52,520 nt of DNA. Origin: a virus. Lineage: Duplodnaviria > Caudoviricetes. The stretch covers positions 1 through 52,520 of IMG/VR virus record IMGVR_UViG_3300031576_000059, one strand, 5' to 3'. The translations under genes were made by a program, and so were the position numbers. Below, one piece after another: positions 48,058 to 52,520 of the stretch (position 1 is its first letter; each line of letters begins with the position of its first letter). The notes under the pieces are model-generated. The model saw nothing but the letters and a program-made list of their open reading frames with translations, ran no database searches and was not told where the DNA came from.

Positions 48058-49200
48058 CTAGCGGCGTGACTGTAGCTCGCCGTCTCTGTACGCCGCGATC
48101 ACGCACTTGGCACTGCAATACTCCCCCTCGCCGTCGCCCGAGCGGAAACCCTCATCGCACCCCAGACAGGTGCTGAACGTCTCGCCGTAGCAGGCCTCAC
48201 AGTAGGAGTCTCCGCTGTGGTCAATCACGTCGTCGCAGTGGACGTACTCCGAGCAACTCGTACATACGGAGTAGTCCCCCCGACACTCGGCGCAGACACG
48301 CCTGCCAGATAGATCCTCCGTCTCCCCGACGGTACCGCAATTCTCACATGTCGTCTCCGACTCTCCCGGAGCCTCACCTACCAAGTCTGGCCCAGGCGCC
48401 CCACCTGACGCCTCCGTCTCCACCGCCACTACCTCCGCAGTCCTCGTCAGCTCCGCATTGAACACCCCTTCACGCGCCACACCACTGCACCCAGGACAGC
48501 CCATCGCCACCGCGAGGCTCCAGTAGACCCTCTTCCCCAGCGGTCTGCACGTCGGGCACATCACCAGCTCTCTGTAGTGCTCCGGCCCGCAATACGGCAC
48601 ATCCCCGTCCCCGTTCCCGCTCCTCCCCGGTTGGGACTCCAGCAGCGCTCGCACTGTGTCAAACACCATCGCGTACCTGCCGGCTTCTATCAGCGAGCGA
48701 ATGGACTCCTTCGCCGTGCCCAGGCAGATGAGCTGCTCACTAGCATGAACCCCGTAATGGTTATGCGGCCCGAATCCGGGGGGCGCCCCATTCACTCCCG
48801 GCAGCAACGCCTCTCCACTCGGGAGCACCACGCCTCCGAGCCAGCGGATGTTGAGCCTGCTGTCCACCGGTGGAGCTACTGGCACCTCCACCGCCCCTAA
48901 GAACTCGAACCCTCCACTCTTGAACCTCATCGGCATCACGAGGGCCTCTCCGCTTCTTGTCGCTCGCACGCCCATCTCCACGAGCGCCTCGGGCTCACTG
49001 GCTCGAACCTCCGCCCAGTGGCGCTCGGTCTCGTTGAGCTGGCGTCTGACGTTCTTCAGAGACTCCTCGGCTGACTCCAGGAGGGCCTCCCGTGAGATCA
49101 CCGTTGTACCCAGCGCCTCGCACTTCCGCCTCCCCTCCGCCCCGAGCGCCGCGGCTATCTCCTGTCTCGCAAACATGCACACCGCCATCCGATCCATCAT
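48058..49200 (-). CDS. Prokaryotic E2-like protein with an N-terminal coiled coil and C-terminal CxxC repeats
   Basis: HNHYGVHASEQLICLG followed by helices resembles the E2 HPx...ICL signature; located between the Ubl and JAB genes. Confidence 0.65.
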   Translation of the reverse strand: MMDRMAVCMFARQEIAAALGAEGRRKCEALGTTVISREALLESAEESLKNVRRQLNETERHWAEVRASEPEALVEMGVRATRSGEALVMPMRFKSGGFEFLGAVEVPVAPPVDSRLNIRWLGGVVLPSGEALLPGVNGAPPGFGPHNHYGVHASEQLICLGTAKESIRSLIEAGRYAMVFDTVRALLESQPGRSGNGDGDVPYCGPEHYRELVMCPTCRPLGKRVYWSLAVAMGCPGCSGVAREGVFNAELTRTAEVVAVETEASGGAPGPDLVGEAPGESETTCENCGTVGETEDLSGRRVCAECRGDYSVCTSCSEYVHCDDVIDHSGDSYCEACYGETFSTCLGCDEGFRSGDGEGEYCSAKCVIAAYRDGELQSRR

Positions 49201-49212
49201 CCCCGCCCTCTC

Positions 49213-49248
49213 AAAAATGCAGGGGGAGCCATGCCCCGCTCCCCCTGC
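49213..49248 (-). terminator. Intrinsic terminator between the Ubl and E2 genes
   Basis: 11-bp stem GCAGGGGGAGC/GCTCCCCCTGC followed by ATTTTT. Confidence 0.75.
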
Positions 49249-49270
49249 GAGAATCACGCCCGAGGCGCCG

Positions 49271-49582
49271 CTACGACCGGACCTTGTACTCCGGCGCCAC
49301 CATCACCCTCGCGCCTTCGGGGATCGTCACGTTGAGCCCCGCCGACTCCCCGTTGATGCGGATGTGCGACTTCGGGTCCAGGAGGGCCTCCTGGAAATCC
49401 CCGAACTCCTCCCCGCACTCCTCCGCGGCCACGCCGTTGAGGGTGAGGTACGACCCCTCCATGCGACCCGGCGAGGCGTCGTACTCCGCGATTCCCCTCA
49501 CCGTGAACGGCACCCCGTTGTGCCCCGACACCTCCACCGCGAAGGTCGTGCTGAGGCTCCCCACGAACATGCTGCACTTCAT
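49271..49582 (-). CDS. Ubiquitin-like (beta-grasp) protein
   Basis: C-terminal IRINGESAGLNVTIPEGARVMVAPEYK matches the ThiS/MoaD pattern; SD GAGGGAG; first gene of the cassette. Confidence 0.7.
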   Translation of the reverse strand: MKCSMFVGSLSTTFAVEVSGHNGVPFTVRGIAEYDASPGRMEGSYLTLNGVAAEECGEEFGDFQEALLDPKSHIRINGESAGLNVTIPEGARVMVAPEYKVRS

Positions 49583-49667
49583 CTTTTGCTTCTCCCTCTT
49601 GCGAATCACCTCGATCACCGGTGATCGGGGTGCCGTGCAACTGCAACACCCTTCACCACTCGAACAC

Positions 49668-49865
49668 CTACCCCCTCGCCCTCACCTCCCTCCCACGGTG
49701 CGCCGTGAGGTACTCCCTCCGCCTCTCGGCCTCCACGGCCTCGCTGCGCCTCAGCTCCTCTGCGAGACCCCGCATTGCCTCCCGCGTCTCCGCGCTTGGG
49801 AGATGCGCCCGCATCCCTTCGAGCTGCCGGAGCACCTCGCTAGAGAGTCTATCCCTAATTGTCAT
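49668..49865 (-). CDS. Hypothetical protein
   Basis: SD GGGAGG. Confidence 0.55.
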   Translation of the reverse strand: MTIRDRLSSEVLRQLEGMRAHLPSAETREAMRGLAEELRRSEAVEAERRREYLTAHRGREVRARG

Positions 49866-49904
49866 GGCACTCGCCTCCCTCTCCCCGCGCCCCTCCCCCG
49901 CCCG

Positions 49905-49946
49905 AAACGCCGCCAGGGCACGCGGGGGGAATGCACCCTGGCGGCG
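49905..49946 (-). terminator. Possible terminator hairpin
   Basis: 11-bp inverted repeat CGCCGCCAGGG/CCCTGGCGGCG with a short T tail. Confidence 0.4.
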
Positions 49947-49980
49947 CCGCGCCAAGGAGCTGCTATGGCTGCTCCTGGCG

Positions 49981-50184
49981 CTAGGGCGAGGAGGCTACGA
50001 TTTGCCTCGAATCCTCGACAACCTGCGGCCCCCGCTCTATCGCCGCGAGCAGCTCCGTGTCCTCGCTCGTGAGGCCGGTGAGTTTCAACGCCTCTTCCGG
50101 CACTAGCGTGTGCTCAAGGTACGAGCAGAACATGTGCGGCTCCATGGGCCTCTCGTACCTCTCGGTGCACGTCAGACAGATCAT
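49981..50184 (-). CDS. Hypothetical protein
   Basis: SD GGAGG; ATGA coupling. Confidence 0.5.
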   Translation of the reverse strand: MICLTCTERYERPMEPHMFCSYLEHTLVPEEALKLTGLTSEDTELLAAIERGPQVVEDSRQIVASSP

Positions 50185-50669
50185 CCTCTCCTCCCAGCGT
50201 GCTTGTACGGCTTTCCCTTCGGAAACTCCGCACCCTCAAACACGCAGTGGTAGTAACTCTCCAAGAACTCCCACAGCGCCTCACCGCCTTCGTTGCAGAG
50301 AATCCGAAACGGCTCATGGGCGTTCAACCCGGATCCGTCGGAGTAGCACTCAGCGCCGAGCAGATCGCATTTCGTTGAACTATGCCCTGCGTAGTGTGGT
50401 TCCCTGGCGTGATACCCGAGGTCGGCAGGCATCGCGGGGCGAACCTTCGAGAAGTCAAGCTGAGTGGGCTCCGGCAACCATCCCGCGAATAGAAGGAACT
50501 GCACCGCCCCCTTCTCCCCTTTGAGGATCCATCGGATCTGCATCCCGTGAATCCCGTGGCTCCCTCCCGCTCCGGGTTTGCAGTCTGGACTCCCGTTGAC
50601 GCACTCGAACCGGATGCAATCGTGTCCAGGTTCGAAGGCAACACTACGCTCGAAACTCATGCAGCTCAT
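50181..50669 (-). CDS. Cys/His-rich phage hypothetical protein
   Basis: SD GAGGAGG; GAVQF, ADLGYHA, CYSDGSGL motifs. Confidence 0.7.
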   Translation of the reverse strand: MSCMSFERSVAFEPGHDCIRFECVNGSPDCKPGAGGSHGIHGMQIRWILKGEKGAVQFLLFAGWLPEPTQLDFSKVRPAMPADLGYHAREPHYAGHSSTKCDLLGAECYSDGSGLNAHEPFRILCNEGGEALWEFLESYYHCVFEGAEFPKGKPYKHAGRRG

Positions 50670-50902
50670 TGGGCTCCCTCCTCGAACTCCATGTCGAGTA
50701 CCTCGCATCCCTCGCCGTTCTCGATCCCGGCGCTCCCCCGTGCAATCCGGGCGTAGAGGAGCGAGAGATTCTCTTGTCCTACCCGTAGCGTGAGGAGGAG
50801 ATGGTCCACCCCCGCAAGCGTGGCCCTCACACGCAGCAACTCGACCTGTTGGAACAGGGTCAAGTCCACTAGTTTTTGGTGCCAATCTGACCCCGCAATC
50901 AT
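50666..50902 (-). CDS. Hypothetical protein
   Basis: SD GGAGG; coupled ORF. Confidence 0.5.
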   Translation of the reverse strand: MIAGSDWHQKLVDLTLFQQVELLRVRATLAGVDHLLLTLRVGQENLSLLYARIARGSAGIENGEGCEVLDMEFEEGAQ

Positions 50903-51099
50903 CTCGCCCCCTCCCCCGGATCCCTCATCCGAAACACTCCCGACTTCATCGCGTCCCCCGTACACGCCTCACACATCCGTGTACCCGTGCGGTCCTCCAT
51001 GTCCACCCGAAACAAGGTAGCCGTGGCCCTCTCCTCGCACGAGCCCAGGCACTCTGGGCACGAGGGGTCCGTGTCCTCGCACACCGGCCTGTGGCTCAT
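50899..51099 (-). CDS. Zn-finger hypothetical protein
   Basis: CPEC...CEAC; SD GGAGG. Confidence 0.6.
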   Translation of the reverse strand: MSHRPVCEDTDPSCPECLGSCEERATATLFRVDMEDRTGTRMCEACTGDAMKSGVFRMRDPGEGAR

Positions 51100-51287
51100 C
51101 TGGCCTCCCTCCACGCCGGCCCCGGCATGAGCGCCGAGAGTGCCATGAGCAGTCCTGCGGCGACCACGCATCTCCTCCGCTCCAGGCCCCGGCACTCCAG
51201 CTCCTCGACCTCGAATTGTAGCCTCTCCGCACGTTGCTCCACCCTCCCCCTCCACGTCGCTTCGAACCGTGTCACCTGCGTTGTCAT
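51096..51287 (-). CDS. Hypothetical protein, first gene of the leftward block
   Basis: SD GGGGAGG. Confidence 0.55.
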   Translation of the reverse strand: MTTQVTRFEATWRGRVEQRAERLQFEVEELECRGLERRRCVVAAGLLMALSALMPGPAWREAR

Positions 51288-51409
51288 GCTACCTCCCCTC
51301 GCGTGAGATTACCTCGCCACCCTCCTCGCACGTCTCGCCTCGTGTCCCTCGCGCATCTCGCGCGGGGATCGTGCTCGAAAGGCTGGTCGATCCAGGATTC
51401 TACTTTCAC

Positions 51410-51590
51410 TTCCGAAACCGCCGATTTCCGAATTGTCCTAGAGCAGAGCGGCATTTGGAGTGAACTACAATGAATGTCACCCATGACTGACAAAGATTGT
51501 CAGTATTGGCCGCTGTGGCGTGACCTAAATTGTCGTTCACTCTAAAACCATTGCGGCACTAGGACGATTCGGAGATTGCTGGTTTCGGAG
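51410..51590 (+). ncRNA. Candidate rod-shaped structured RNA with 6S-like geometry
   Basis: 32-position closing stem (5 G-U, 1 mismatch), 12x12 nt bubble and interrupted apical stem; the wobbles work on the + strand. Confidence 0.55.
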
Positions 51591-51643
51591 CCGTCTACAG
51601 AGGAAGTCGGATAGGCCGACTTCGCTAAAACATGGAGCGAGAT

Positions 51644-52102
51644 ATGAGCGAGAACATGCGAGCAGAGACGGACATCCTGAAAGAGCTGAACGCCACCCAC
51701 AAAAAGGCTGGAGGGCGGCAACTCGGGGAACATGTCGGGTACGCGATCTCCGTGCGGCTACCGAAGTACGTCGAAGGGAGCGCCGTCCGGGTCCATGCGG
51801 TACACGTCGCAGGGGAGGATCTGGTGCTCGCACCTCCGCTGGGCGCAGAGGAAACGTCGGAGATGCTCCGGGGAGTGGATTCCCCGGAGATGCGGCGGGC
51901 GGTAAGCGAAGCGGCGGTCGGCACAATTCCCTTTGCGTGGGATCTGGAAGGCGCGCAAATCGAAGAGGGAACGATCAACGCGCAAGACTACATGCTGGTC
52001 TCTCCCGAACCGCGCAAGGCGAAGGGCGTAGCGCCCACGGTGGATCTGGCGGCAGTGATCGCCTCGGCGGTCAAGGCCGCGTTGAAGTCGGTCAAGGCGT
52101 AA
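51644..52102 (+). CDS. Hypothetical protein
   Basis: SD GGAG; 152 aa with G-ending codon style. Confidence 0.7.
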   Translation: MSENMRAETDILKELNATHKKAGGRQLGEHVGYAISVRLPKYVEGSAVRVHAVHVAGEDLVLAPPLGAEETSEMLRGVDSPEMRRAVSEAAVGTIPFAWDLEGAQIEEGTINAQDYMLVSPEPRKAKGVAPTVDLAAVIASAVKAALKSVKA

Positions 52103-52169
52103 AGCTCCACAATCAACGACCGCTGGGGAGCGATTGCGAGCCCCAGCGGTCACAATCGCGGGGAAAACA

Positions 52170-52346
52170 ATGTCAACATTCCGGTACGTCGGTACGCGGT
52201 TCGGGGACGCGGTAGCCGTGGACCCGGTGACAAAGGCCGAACTAGTCCTTTGTGCGAACGGGGCGCTGTACTCCCAGACCGCAAGCGGGGCTCCGCTTTC
52301 CGTACTGTTCTCTGTCTATCCGCCGCGCCCAGAGTACAGCAAGTAG
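52170..52346 (+). CDS. Hypothetical protein
   Basis: 58 aa ORF followed by a hairpin. Confidence 0.5.
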   Translation: MSTFRYVGTRFGDAVAVDPVTKAELVLCANGALYSQTASGAPLSVLFSVYPPRPEYSK

Positions 52347-52356
52347 CACGCTCGCG

Positions 52357-52384
52357 GGGAGAGGAGCCTTGCCGCTCCTCTCCC
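52357..52384 (+). terminator. GC-rich hairpin after the last + strand ORF
   Basis: GGGAGAGGAGC-N6-GCTCCTCTCCC; no clear T tract. Confidence 0.4.
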
Positions 52385-52393
52385 TCACCCTCT

Positions 52394-52520
52394 CCCCGCC
52401 GATGCGCCCATCGCATCCCGCGATGCCGCGCCAGCATCCCCGCGATCCCCATCGCGCAACCCGCCCACGCGATCCCCGTCCCGCGAGCGCTCGAAACCCC
52501 CCAAGGGGTACCCCTCTTTG
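52394..52520. repeat. Direct terminal repeat (copy 2 of 2)
   Basis: Matches bases 1-127. Confidence 0.95.

Noticed and set aside
52118-52159. H-type pseudoknot (11-bp stem whose loop GCGATTG matches CAATCGC)
   Set aside because: A 1-nt connector cannot span an 11-bp stem; at most these are alternative hairpins
52394-52520. 127-bp terminal repeat as a biological DTR
   Set aside because: The length equals a standard assembler k-mer, so it is more simply a circular overlap; real termini need read data

Overview
The window looks like a complete, circularised ~52.4 kb high-GC tailed phage genome. Bases 1-127 equal 52394-52520, most likely an assembly overlap. It has a podovirus-like layout and I recognised no integrase, tRNA or CRISPR array. 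The + strand block (3.0-33.7 kb) holds an HNH nuclease, large terminase, portal, major capsid, a free-standing LAGLIDADG endonuclease, a signal-peptide-bearing beta-helix spike, an M15 endolysin, adaptor/nozzle genes, a GroES-like protein, a GNAT and five putative ejection proteins. The - strand block (33.7-51.3 kb) holds a family A polymerase split from its UDG/exonuclease half, a Cas4-like nuclease, an AAA ATPase/SSB pair, HTH regulators and many small ORFs. The most notable feature is a contiguous phage-encoded ubiquitin-like cassette (Ubl, E2-like, JAB, E1/ThiF; 46470-49582). Also notable are a 181-nt rod-shaped hairpin with 6S-RNA-like geometry (51410-51590), a His at PolA position 762, a ~400-bp reverse-orientation island and a near genome-wide C-over-G skew. 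All calls come from reading motifs by eye; no database searches were run.
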